Source of the DNA: a virus
Direction: 5' to 3' (one strand)
DNA length: 64,000 nucleotides
Virus record (IMG/VR): IMGVR_UViG_3300044675_002751
Coordinates: 1-64,000 of that record
Shown here: piece by piece, positions 8,580-16,756 of the stretch
Layout of the letters: every line of letters starts with the position of its first letter
Numbering within the stretch: the first letter of the stretch is position 1
Position numbers and translations under genes: made by a program
The notes under the pieces: model-generated
Told to the model about the DNA's origin: nothing
Database searches by the model: none
The model's input: only the letters and a program-made list of their open reading frames with translations

Positions 8580-9960
8580 TATGAACAGACCAAGTCCAAC
8601 AGAAAGTGCTACATCATTTAGTGTAGGAACATTTAGAAGAGGTAACGATGGTAATTGGTGGCAAGTTCAGCAAGCTTCAAACGGCATACAACGCTGGGTA
8701 AAAGCTACTTATATTCCATACGCTCAACAATCTACGGCTCAGCCGTCAGTAATTCCCACTGTTAATCCAACAGCTGGCATTTCACAATCAAGTAATAATA
8801 AACCAGTCATGAAGACTAGATCAATCAGTAAGAAAACAGCTCAGGAAGTACGTACAATTGAGACCTCTTTGATTAACAAGGAAGAAGTATTTAAAATGCT
8901 TGCTCTTGCAGAGAGTACAGGACTCCCATTATTATTAGTGGGTCAACCCGGTGTGGCTAAAACCAAAACAGTATTGGAGTATGCAAAAGCCTGGCTAAAC
9001 CGTGATGGTAAAATGACACCGCAGGACTTTGCTAATAAAGTGTACATCCTAGAAACAGACGAAGGAACCAAGGCTTCCGAGATCAAAGGTATGCCTGACC
9101 TAGGTAAGCTGTTTACAGAAAATAAATACGAGCTTGCTGCACCTATTGCAGAAGCTGAGATCGTTATCATCAACGAAGTGGATAAAGCTAGCTCTGCTAT
9201 CCGTAACGCCATGTTGGGTGTAATGAACGAGAAGTTCTTGTTTAACGGTAAACATAAGATTCCATGTAAGTGGAAACTCTTTGTTGCTACATGTAACGAG
9301 ATCCCTAAAGAAGAGATTGGTTCTCCTTTCTGGGACAGGTTCATGCTCAAGCAAACTGTTAACCGTGTATCTGCCGGTGAACTCGTGAAGTATTATAATA
9401 AGGGTGCTCGTGATTACAAAGAGACCTTTAAGATTGGTGTACCTACAAAAGCAGAAATTGGTGCTTTAGAAGTACCAGCTAACAAACTTGAGAAGTATCT
9501 CGAGGTTGGTTATTCTTCTAGCTCTGACCGTACACTGACATTTGTACCTACGCTCACTAAAGCTGTAAGTTATATCTGGGATATTAGCATTGACAAAGCT
9601 CTTGTCAAAACTGCTCAGATCATGATTTCTCAGACAGCAGGTTCTGAACTTCAGAATAAACTGATGAGTCCAGAAGTAAAAGCTGTAATGAGCAAGGTAG
9701 AAATGTTGCACAGTTATAATGTTAACGAGCAGCTGGAGCTGGCTGTAGCTGAGATTGAGAGTCTTATTAACACCTACACTTCTCGTAATTTAATGGATGA
9801 AGGACAAGTGGAAGAGATTGAGCTTTCTATGCAGTATATCTTGTCTAATCACCCTGCTCGTCAAGACTATGTATCTGCCGAGGAGTTTGATAACATGATG
9901 GAAGCAGCAGAACTGCCTTCACAAGCAATGACTCCGTCTAGCCCTTTTTTAGTTCCCTAA
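8392..9960 (+). CDS. MoxR/RavA-like AAA+ ATPase with N-terminal extension (alternative start ATG 8581)
   Basis: Walker A LLVGQPGVAKT, Walker B-like IIINEVDKA, N.ML..MNEK, ATCNE sensor, DRF arginine finger; adjacent vWA gene. Confidence 0.85.
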   Translation: MEPKTPPYPLTDHYLNSIWQAYQSLIKSNPSLEMQYYKSTTKIMEEHLQKQMQTPSQPLQTSDMNRPSPTESATSFSVGTFRRGNDGNWWQVQQASNGIQRWVKATYIPYAQQSTAQPSVIPTVNPTAGISQSSNNKPVMKTRSISKKTAQEVRTIETSLINKEEVFKMLALAESTGLPLLLVGQPGVAKTKTVLEYAKAWLNRDGKMTPQDFANKVYILETDEGTKASEIKGMPDLGKLFTENKYELAAPIAEAEIVIINEVDKASSAIRNAMLGVMNEKFLFNGKHKIPCKWKLFVATCNEIPKEEIGSPFWDRFMLKQTVNRVSAGELVKYYNKGARDYKETFKIGVPTKAEIGALEVPANKLEKYLEVGYSSSSDRTLTFVPTLTKAVSYIWDISIDKALVKTAQIMISQTAGSELQNKLMSPEVKAVMSKVEMLHSYNVNEQLELAVAEIESLINTYTSRNLMDEGQVEEIELSMQYILSNHPARQDYVSAEEFDNMMEAAELPSQAMTPSSPFLVP

Positions 9961-9970
9961 TATTAGACTT

Positions 9971-10020
9971 ACATACCTCAAGGGTCCCGGTAATTCAGCC
10001 GGGATCCCACGAGGATATGT
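9971..10020 (+). other. GC-rich intergenic hairpin without U tract between MoxR and vWA genes
   Basis: ACATA/TATGT, CCTC/GAGG and GGGTCCCGG/CCGGGATCCC stems around a TAATTCAG loop. Confidence 0.55.
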
Positions 10021-10044
10021 TACATCTGCTAAAACAACTTGAAC

Positions 10045-11559
10045 ATGGCAACAAAGAGTAAGCAATATAAAAATGTATACACTATTCTTGAAAAAGTCAA
10101 GAAAGGTGAGATATCATCCCAGAACTATTATAAAGATAAAGACGGTCTTTTTGGTAAGCTCAATTTCTATAAGAAAGCAGACTTAGTAAAACCTTATGTT
10201 CACTATATAGATGAGAATAAAATCCAGTCTATTGTAGAAAAGGATATCAACTCTGTAGATTCTATCAAAGACTACTATAAAAGGTTTTCTGGTAGTAACG
10301 CTTTTGGTAAACTTCAAGAAGATCAGAAACCAGATCTGCAAAAATTTCATGAAAAGCTTAAAGAAAACTATCAAAAGTTTCCTAAGCATTTGAAATATGA
10401 CATCCACAAGATGTACTATCACAAGGTAGATAAGCTTGAGTTTGAAGGACGTACAGATGCTAACCGAACAAGATATAAATTCCTGGAGAAAGCTAATAAT
10501 CCAGTTGGTAAGATAATGAGTGAAAGCTCTAATCTAAAAAGTGCCATCTTTACCAAGCAGATGATGCTCTATTACATGATGCAAATGACCATGATGGAGT
10601 ATATAGATCCAGATGCACATAACCAAATGCAGCAGGGTCTCAACGGTGGAGCTGATAATCAGTTCAACAATGATGACATAGATGACGCTATGGAAAAAAT
10701 GATGAACAATCAGATCAGTAAAAACATGCTAGAAAAAGCCATGCAGGATGCTCAAGAAACTTGCAAACTAATGGACGAAAACCTAGACAAAGATGTGCAA
10801 GAAAAAATGTTTGAGGAAGCTAATAGGAATGGTGGTGATGAAGCAGGAAAACTTTCACCTGATTACTTCAGACAAATAGCAGCAAGACTAGAATCTGTCA
10901 GATTATCTATGGGTTCTCTTAAAGAAAAACTACAGAAACTTTTAGACAAGAGTGCTGCTTACTTTTCTGCCCGTAAAATAACCATCTATGATGACTTACT
11001 AAATACTCAAGATGTATCTGGTCTGGATGAGTATATACTGCTTCATCCAAAACTCAGAAAGATTTTTGTTGAAGACATTCAGATCAAAGAACACAAATAT
11101 GTGGGAAAGATAGATGTTTATGTAGATGTATCTGGTTCTATGGGTAGTAGTTGTGGTGTAAAAAATGTTCAAGGACAACAAATCAGTAAGATAGACTTTG
11201 CAAAAAGCATGATTGCCAAGCTTAAAGAACTTGACATGCTTAACGATGTCTATCTGTTTGATACCAAAGTTAAGAAATATAGAAATGATTTAGTGTCTAT
11301 ATCTATGATTGACTGTGGAGGCGGTACAACTATTGATAACGCTATACGCTCTATTGAAAAGGTAGGAAACAATGCTCTAGTAATTACAGATGCTGAAGAT
11401 TCCTGTCACAATCATTCCGACTTGGCATTCTTTATAGGTGTAGAAGGAGCTCGTTTTAATGGGTTCAATCAAAGATATATGGAAAAAAACCAGTGTATAG
11501 TATTTGACGGACACAGCGTCAAAAAAGTTGACATACATGGTCATGTAGTTAATAAATAA
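10045..11559 (+). CDS. vWA-domain protein (ViaA/CoxE-like MoxR partner)
   Basis: C-terminal MIDAS: YVDVSGSM, GGGTT, VITDAED; ATG10045 preferred over TTG10039. Confidence 0.85.
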   Translation: MATKSKQYKNVYTILEKVKKGEISSQNYYKDKDGLFGKLNFYKKADLVKPYVHYIDENKIQSIVEKDINSVDSIKDYYKRFSGSNAFGKLQEDQKPDLQKFHEKLKENYQKFPKHLKYDIHKMYYHKVDKLEFEGRTDANRTRYKFLEKANNPVGKIMSESSNLKSAIFTKQMMLYYMMQMTMMEYIDPDAHNQMQQGLNGGADNQFNNDDIDDAMEKMMNNQISKNMLEKAMQDAQETCKLMDENLDKDVQEKMFEEANRNGGDEAGKLSPDYFRQIAARLESVRLSMGSLKEKLQKLLDKSAAYFSARKITIYDDLLNTQDVSGLDEYILLHPKLRKIFVEDIQIKEHKYVGKIDVYVDVSGSMGSSCGVKNVQGQQISKIDFAKSMIAKLKELDMLNDVYLFDTKVKKYRNDLVSISMIDCGGGTTIDNAIRSIEKVGNNALVITDAEDSCHNHSDLAFFIGVEGARFNGFNQRYMEKNQCIVFDGHSVKKVDIHGHVVNK

Positions 11560-11588
11560 AAAAGGGGAGCTTAACTGCTCCCCTTCTT
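11558..11588. terminator. Bidirectional terminator at convergence of accessory and lysis blocks
   Basis: A tract-AAGGGGAGC-TTAACT-GCTCCCCTT-CTTATTT. Confidence 0.75.
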
Positions 11589-11792
11589 ATTTAAGTATCT
11601 TGTAAGTAATATATAACAAAGCCAGAAAAACCCGGAAACCGAGTAGAAGACTGCGTCTGCCGTCCAGTATGATCCAGTTACTTCCATGATCATTTTGAAT
11701 AACATGTCGTAACCAAACGGTAGAAAGAACATTGCAAGCATCAGAGATGTCTGTCTGTAAACCTCGAGTTTTCTTTTTCTGTTTACTGTCAC
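11571..11792 (-). CDS. Two-TM membrane protein (holin-like candidate)
   Basis: LMLAMFFLPFGY and VFYSVSGFFWLCYILL helices, basic termini, last gene of lysis cassette; GTG start. Confidence 0.55.
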   Translation of the reverse strand: MTVNRKRKLEVYRQTSLMLAMFFLPFGYDMLFKMIMEVTGSYWTADAVFYSVSGFFWLCYILLTRYLNKKGSS

Positions 11793-11814
11793 CGTCCATA
11801 TGTTTTAAGATTCG

Positions 11815-11940
11815 TTAACGACCTTGTGCCCTGTACTTAGATACAGGTTTGTCTTTTGGGCCTCTACGCTTCTGGGCTTTACCCTTTCTACGTTTGCCAA
11901 AAGATATCTTACGGCTTTCACCGCCTTTACCTTTTCCCAT
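11815..11940 (-). CDS. Small highly basic peptide (41 aa), missed by the ORF track
   Basis: MGKGKGGESRKISFGKRRKGKAQKRRGPKDKPVSKYRAQGR*. Confidence 0.65.
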   Translation of the reverse strand: MGKGKGGESRKISFGKRRKGKAQKRRGPKDKPVSKYRAQGR

Positions 11941-11962
11941 ATTGATATAAGTTTAAAATATA

Positions 11963-12367
11963 TTAACCTCCACAGAAGAAGTTGATAGTCCAATTACCTT
12001 CATTCGACAGATTAGCTGCCACATCAGGTTTTAGTAAAAGAGATATTGTTAAGCCGCTAGCTTCCCATTTACCTAAAAAACCGTAGGATTTATTTAGTTT
12101 AAACAGTACAGCAGCTACTGTAGTATCATATAAACTAACAGACAATACTGAGTTTCCATTAGAAAACAGAGTAAATCCTTGAAAGCAGATTTCATCTGGA
12201 TCACCAGGTAAAGCAGTTTCTGACACTCTTATATAACCACATTCCATTTTCATAGGTACTTCTATCCAACCTGCAAGAGGTTCAGGATAAGTACCGTTAG
12301 TAAGAATAAGAGATCCTGGTACAATGTCACCACATTTTTTGTAACGTACAAAAGCTCTGTTTGGCAT
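11963..12367 (-). CDS. Hypothetical (possibly structural) protein
   Basis: 134-aa ORF; N-terminal AFVRY..G.IVPGSLI motif shared with 15189-15440. Confidence 0.7.
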   Translation of the reverse strand: MPNRAFVRYKKCGDIVPGSLILTNGTYPEPLAGWIEVPMKMECGYIRVSETALPGDPDEICFQGFTLFSNGNSVLSVSLYDTTVAAVLFKLNKSYGFLGKWEASGLTISLLLKPDVAANLSNEGNWTINFFCGG

Positions 12368-12369
12368 AG

Positions 12370-13020
12370 TTATAATGATTTAAGCATCTGAATAAGCTTA
12401 GGATGAGGATAGACATCCACTTTGTCTTTTCTAACTGAATTGTGTGTAAATACACCACTAGCAGCTTTAAGAGCTCTTGGAGTGATATCCCATATATCCT
12501 CATAGTAGTCCAGAGGAATACCATATCTTTCTTTCCAAAGAAGTAATAACTGCTTTACAGACTCTATCTGAGCATCAGTGTAGTTATGAAAAAACTTATG
12601 TCCCTTAAACGGTTTCTCAAGCTCACAAACCTGTGATGCAGGTAGCTCTCGATTAACATAAGTAAAAAATTTACCGTCTTTTTGTGTAAGCTGTCCCCAG
12701 TTACAGATTTCTATACCAATAGATATCTTATCTAATGACTTGTATGGCAGACCGGCTTTTTGAAACGTAGATTCTTTTAATCCCAGGTGAAAAGCCCAGT
12801 GCTTAGAACTAAAACCCTGGATAATCTGACCGTCTACACATCCCTGACCTGGTCCTGATATAGTAACACAGGTAGCAATGCGTTCCTGGTTACCTTCCCA
12901 ATGCTGAAATACTTTCACACCATCTGCATTACCTGCAGTGTGGTGTAAATAAATCTGTTTTTTAGGATGCTCTTCTGCTATATACTGATTAGCAGGAAAG
13001 CTTACTTGTTTAATGTTCAT
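12370..13020 (-). CDS. Endolysin, N-acetylmuramoyl-L-alanine amidase (Amidase_2)
   Basis: IYLHHTAG, AFHLG, SIGIEICNWG, YTDAQIES and FTHNSVRKDKVD zinc-amidase motifs. Confidence 0.88.
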   Translation of the reverse strand: MNIKQVSFPANQYIAEEHPKKQIYLHHTAGNADGVKVFQHWEGNQERIATCVTISGPGQGCVDGQIIQGFSSKHWAFHLGLKESTFQKAGLPYKSLDKISIGIEICNWGQLTQKDGKFFTYVNRELPASQVCELEKPFKGHKFFHNYTDAQIESVKQLLLLWKERYGIPLDYYEDIWDITPRALKAASGVFTHNSVRKDKVDVYPHPKLIQMLKSL

Positions 13021-13035
13021 AAAATATAATGTCCA

Positions 13036-13296
13036 CTACTTTTTTATAGTGTCTCTATGCTTGTGCATATGCTCCAGCTTAAAGATCCGGCGTTCATGCC
13101 GATCCAGATCATTAACAATCACACTGTCTATGTACATAAAATCTTGCTGCTTGAGCATAATCAAAGAGTCACTAGCTAAATCTTCTCTTAGAAGTTTATT
13201 CTTTTCAGACTCTCTGTGATCTATAAACATGAATACAGTGAACAGTAGTATTGCTACTACTGCCACTGCAATCAATATGATATCTTTAGTTTTCAT
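13036..13296 (-). CDS. Single-TM membrane protein with coiled-coil tail
   Basis: N-terminal hydrophobic helix, in lysis cassette. Confidence 0.6.
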   Translation of the reverse strand: MKTKDIILIAVAVVAILLFTVFMFIDHRESEKNKLLREDLASDSLIMLKQQDFMYIDSVIVNDLDRHERRIFKLEHMHKHRDTIKK

Positions 13297-13559
13297 TATT
13301 CTTCAGAGTTAGTGTTTAACTTATCCTGTAAGTCTTGGTTCTTTTTTTCCAAGTCACGAATAATAGCAGCACTGTCATCATCACCGGTGATCTTCTTAAT
13401 AGAAGTAGCCATTGCACCAAAGAGTGCAGACACAAACGCAATAAGAATCTCACGGTTAGACGCAGGCATTTCTTGCCTCATCAGCATAAAAAAGATAGAT
13501 ATGGCAATAGCCATTACTAAAAGAGAACCTATAAAACTGAGTATTTTATCTGCTTTCAT
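13296..13559 (-). CDS. Putative holin (two TM)
   Basis: Two hydrophobic helices, charged C-terminal tail, between two endolysins. Confidence 0.6.
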   Translation of the reverse strand: MKADKILSFIGSLLVMAIAISIFFMLMRQEMPASNREILIAFVSALFGAMATSIKKITGDDDSAAIIRDLEKKNQDLQDKLNTNSEE

Positions 13560-13565
13560 TTTCTG

Positions 13566-14033
13566 TTATTTATATGGTTGATAAGCTGTTTTACCTCCAG
13601 ACTTTACAGCTTTAAGCATCTGCTTACGCTGCTTACCAGAAGTTTCGTAAGACACATGTACCCAGTCAGGGTTTTTGTCTGTACCAAATTCCCAGATAAG
13701 CTGGTCAAACTCTAGATTATTCTTGATGTAGTTAAAAACATCAGCATTAGATACTCCAGACGCTGATCCGTCCATGTCTATGTCAATAGCTTCACCTGAA
13801 CAATGTTGAGAGGTTAAACTTCCACCGATAGCAGCATTCAGTTCTTTACTTCTGTAACCAGAACTAATGTGAATAGGCACTTTAAAATGCTCACGTATAG
13901 GTTCAAATATTTTCTCAGCTAGTTTCTTGAAATTCTCAAGATGTTCAGCAGTGGGCTGGTTAGAAATACCTTTACGTTTGGCTGAGTCAGAGCGTGTGAC
14001 TTCAGCCAGGCTTAAATGCTTGGAAAGTTGCAT
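13566..14033 (-). CDS. Endolysin, peptidase M15 family
   Basis: ISSGYRS..LN.AIGGS..SQH..GEAIDI...FDQLIWEF..WVHVSY. Confidence 0.9.
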   Translation of the reverse strand: MQLSKHLSLAEVTRSDSAKRKGISNQPTAEHLENFKKLAEKIFEPIREHFKVPIHISSGYRSKELNAAIGGSLTSQHCSGEAIDIDMDGSASGVSNADVFNYIKNNLEFDQLIWEFGTDKNPDWVHVSYETSGKQRKQMLKAVKSGGKTAYQPYK

Positions 14034-14050
14034 AGAATATGGAGTTTAGA

Positions 14051-14239
14051 TTATAAGCTGTTATTCCTAGGCTTAGCCTTTACAACCTTTTTCTTTTTAG
14101 GTTGCAACACCTCTTCTTCAGGAACAATTACAACAGGTTGTTCTTCAACCACAGGCATATACTCTTCTGCTATAGTAACAGGAAGTTCTACTGGTTTCTT
14201 AGAAGAAAACATCTTGGCAAAAAAGCTGAACAGTTTCAT
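14051..14239 (-). CDS. Small hypothetical protein with acidic middle and Lys-rich tail
   Basis: 62-aa ORF tightly packed in the operon. Confidence 0.6.
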   Translation of the reverse strand: MKLFSFFAKMFSSKKPVELPVTIAEEYMPVVEEQPVVIVPEEEVLQPKKKKVVKAKPRNNSL

Positions 14240-14241
14240 AT

Positions 14242-14859
14242 TTATTTTTTAAAGGTGAGTCTCCAGTAAGATTGCACTCCATAACCTACCTGCATACCAG
14301 GCATCAGAGTCACATATCCACCGATTATCTTATCATTTTTAGTCTTGTACAAAACACCTAGTTGTGTGCTGTTTTGAAAAGACTTATTAGAAGCAAATCC
14401 ACCACCTATATATAATTCTCCTTTCTTTGGAGCTTGTACTGTCTTTGTTATAAAGATGCTGTCTCTTATAATGGGTATCATATAATCAGCCATATAAGAC
14501 CTAATACCCAACTTATTAGCTTTTACGGTGTCATATACTATCACGTGACCTAGAGTACCAATCTTAAAAGTGTCTTCGTATATGTTTTTAGCCAGGTGTT
14601 CTTTAACTAATTCCTCATACTGAACTTTCAAGCTGTCATACATTGGATCAGCTATGTATTCAGGAGGTAACGTATCATGTATCACCTTTGTAATAACCAT
14701 TGGTTTCTTTACTACGGTGTCATAATGTTCCCATACAGTGTCTGTTTTGTACAAGGTGTCAGACTGAACAGCTGGTATATCAGAACTACATCCTTTAATC
14801 TGACTCATCAATAAGTAGCCTAAAGTAAAACCGGCTACAATAAGTAGTAATTGTCTCAT
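14242..14859 (-). CDS. Membrane-anchored protein, spanin-like candidate
   Basis: N-terminal hydrophobic segment followed by Cys (KGCSS), repeated DT(L/V) units, C-terminal amphipathic beta strands. Confidence 0.5.
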   Translation of the reverse strand: MRQLLLIVAGFTLGYLLMSQIKGCSSDIPAVQSDTLYKTDTVWEHYDTVVKKPMVITKVIHDTLPPEYIADPMYDSLKVQYEELVKEHLAKNIYEDTFKIGTLGHVIVYDTVKANKLGIRSYMADYMIPIIRDSIFITKTVQAPKKGELYIGGGFASNKSFQNSTQLGVLYKTKNDKIIGGYVTLMPGMQVGYGVQSYWRLTFKK

Positions 14860-14868
14860 ATATTGGTT

Positions 14869-15165
14869 TTAACATTCTTCCTCATCTTCCATTTCATTCT
14901 TAGCAGGTAAGAACTCTGTAGTAATGAGTTTTATAGGGGCCGGTATTGGATCCTGGTTATTTTTAGATGATATTGGAGATTGTATTGGATATATCATCCT
15001 TTCCAGATTGTCTATTCTAGTCTTATCTATGTTGCTTTGAGCAAGTAAAACCTTTACATCACTCTTAATCTCTTTTATCTCTTGCCAGATAAAAATGCCT
15101 ATAATGGAAACCATTGTAGGAAACAACCAAACTTTTATTTTATCTATAGCAGCACTACTTGACAT
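14869..15165 (-). CDS. Single-TM coiled-coil membrane protein
   Basis: WLFPTMVSIIGIFIW followed by a heptad-rich segment. Confidence 0.6.
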   Translation of the reverse strand: MSSSAAIDKIKVWLFPTMVSIIGIFIWQEIKEIKSDVKVLLAQSNIDKTRIDNLERMIYPIQSPISSKNNQDPIPAPIKLITTEFLPAKNEMEDEEEC

Positions 15166-15188
15166 CTCACATTACGTTTAAAAGGTTA

Positions 15189-15440
15189 TTAAGCTGGTAA
15201 ACGAAACTCCAGTACGTTTCCTTTGGGTGTTACTTTGCTGATAATCAAGCTGTTAGGTATTATTTGGTTTTTACTGTCTCTACGTACAAAATATCTCAAA
15301 CCATCAGGGTGAGCTTTAAACTGACTTGCAGTTGTTGTAGGAATCTCTAAAGAAACAGAAGGTACAATGCTGTTAGACATCATAGTACCTGGAATCGGAA
15401 ACCCTAAAGCATCCTTTTGAGCATAGAACTTTTTAGCCAT
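15189..15440 (-). CDS. Hypothetical protein with internal duplication
   Basis: KFYAQKDALGFPIPGTMM / RYFVRRDSKNQIIPNSLI. Confidence 0.7.
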   Translation of the reverse strand: MAKKFYAQKDALGFPIPGTMMSNSIVPSVSLEIPTTTASQFKAHPDGLRYFVRRDSKNQIIPNSLIISKVTPKGNVLEFRLPA

Positions 15441-15481
15441 AATAACAGGTTTTAAACTTTAAAACTGTACATCTTTGATAC

Positions 15482-15533
15482 AGTCTACAATATAATATAC
15501 AAAATCTTGTAGACTTTCCATACATTTGTAGAT
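15482..15533. promoter_or_regulatory. Divergent promoter region (lysis block on -, replication block on +)
   Basis: Minus strand GTATATTATATTGTAGA (15484-15500); plus strand TACATTTG (15521); 9-bp inverted repeat AGTCTACAA/TTGTAGACT. Confidence 0.6.
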
Positions 15534-15550
15534 CTAAATATTAGAAGTTT

Positions 15551-16048
15551 ATGACAGAATCACGTGTTTATGCAGTTCAGTTAGAAAAGAAACTCATTAA
15601 TGAGTTCAAGCAGAAGTTTAATGAAAAATTTGGGTACGAGCCTGTTGTGTTCACTCAGGTTGAAAACTCCCCGTATGCTATGCCAATGATGTCTTTACAG
15701 CAGTTAGCAGAATATTTTGAACCGTTTCTACCTTATTTGTATGGTAAAAAACTTACCCTGTTTTGCAAAAGCAGAAAAAGAGAAGTAGTAGAACTCCGGA
15801 TGATGTACTGTTTTTTAGCCCGTATGATGAAATATAAGCTGGAAACGGTTGGTAAAATGTTGGGGGGTCGTGACCACACTACAATCATACATAATGTAAC
15901 ATGCTTTACTAATCTGATGGAAACAAACGATCAGTTTAGAGATAAGTTTTTTGAAATCCTAAATCACATAAAAGAAAACCATGAGTCATCAAATCTGGAT
16001 AAACTTAATCAAGCACAATGTGAGTCCGAATCTGTTATACTTTCTTGA
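15551..16048 (+). CDS. Protein with DnaA C-terminal (domain IV) DNA-binding domain
   Basis: SRKREVVELRMMYCFLAR...LETVGKMLGGRDHTTIIH matches the DnaA-IV signature GGRDHTTV; no AAA+ domain. Confidence 0.8.
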   Translation: MTESRVYAVQLEKKLINEFKQKFNEKFGYEPVVFTQVENSPYAMPMMSLQQLAEYFEPFLPYLYGKKLTLFCKSRKREVVELRMMYCFLARMMKYKLETVGKMLGGRDHTTIIHNVTCFTNLMETNDQFRDKFFEILNHIKENHESSNLDKLNQAQCESESVILS

Positions 16049-16571
16049 TTGTTGCCGTAATAAAATTAAACCTACAAATATCATAAATGCAGACGCTGAA
16101 AGGATTATAGCCCATTCAAAAGGTTTGCTTGATGATAATGGTGTACTAACAGCAAAAGCTCTTGTAGTGCTAGAAGATTTTGAAACACTCTTGGTTAAAA
16201 CTAAGAAAAAAGTAACTACAGAAGTTTTGGGAGATAACTTTCTAGAACAGATTGACATATACAGGCAACTATTTCCAGCAGGTATATTACCTACAGGTGT
16301 AGTGGGTAGATCTACTGTTCAGGAAGTAAAAGATAAGTTCGTATGGTTCTTTAAAAAGTATCCTGAATTTACTTGGGACACAGTATTAGAAGCTGCTAAC
16401 TATTATAAGTTTTTAAAAGATAATCCAGAAAAAAGAAAATATATGATGAATGCTTCAGCTTTCATTCAAAAAACAGATACAATTACCAAAACGGTTAAGT
16501 CCACCCTGGCAGAATACTGTCAGATGATCATAGATGATCCAGATGTCATCTTTAAAGAAAATCAACAATAA
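15981..16571 (+). CDS. Hypothetical replication-module protein (initiator-like)
   Basis: 196-aa ORF between DnaA-IV protein and helicase; wHTH-like N-terminus. Confidence 0.6.
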   Translation: MSHQIWINLIKHNVSPNLLYFLDCCRNKIKPTNIINADAERIIAHSKGLLDDNGVLTAKALVVLEDFETLLVKTKKKVTTEVLGDNFLEQIDIYRQLFPAGILPTGVVGRSTVQEVKDKFVWFFKKYPEFTWDTVLEAANYYKFLKDNPEKRKYMMNASAFIQKTDTITKTVKSTLAEYCQMIIDDPDVIFKENQQ

Positions 16572-16573
16572 AC

Positions 16574-16756
16574 ATGTCTGCAACTGAAAAAACAGTTCAC
16601 AAGCTACTCTTAAGTATTATTTACGCACTTTTTAACTGGATGATCGTCAACTGGTTAGTTGTAGAACTATCCTTTTGGAAATATCTAATTATAGAACTTT
16701 TCTTGTTAGTCTCCATGAAGTTCTATATATTTACAACCCGTAAAATGAATCTGTAA
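16574..16756 (+). CDS. Small two-TM membrane protein
   Basis: 60 aa, hydrophobic. Confidence 0.6.
   Translation: MSATEKTVHKLLLSIIYALFNWMIVNWLVVELSFWKYLIIELFLLVSMKFYIFTTRKMNL

Noticed and set aside
11805-11993. 62-aa ORF from the track
   Set aside because: Overlaps the upstream gene; the 41-aa basic ORF 11815-11940 in another frame has a clean ATG and a more protein-like sequence
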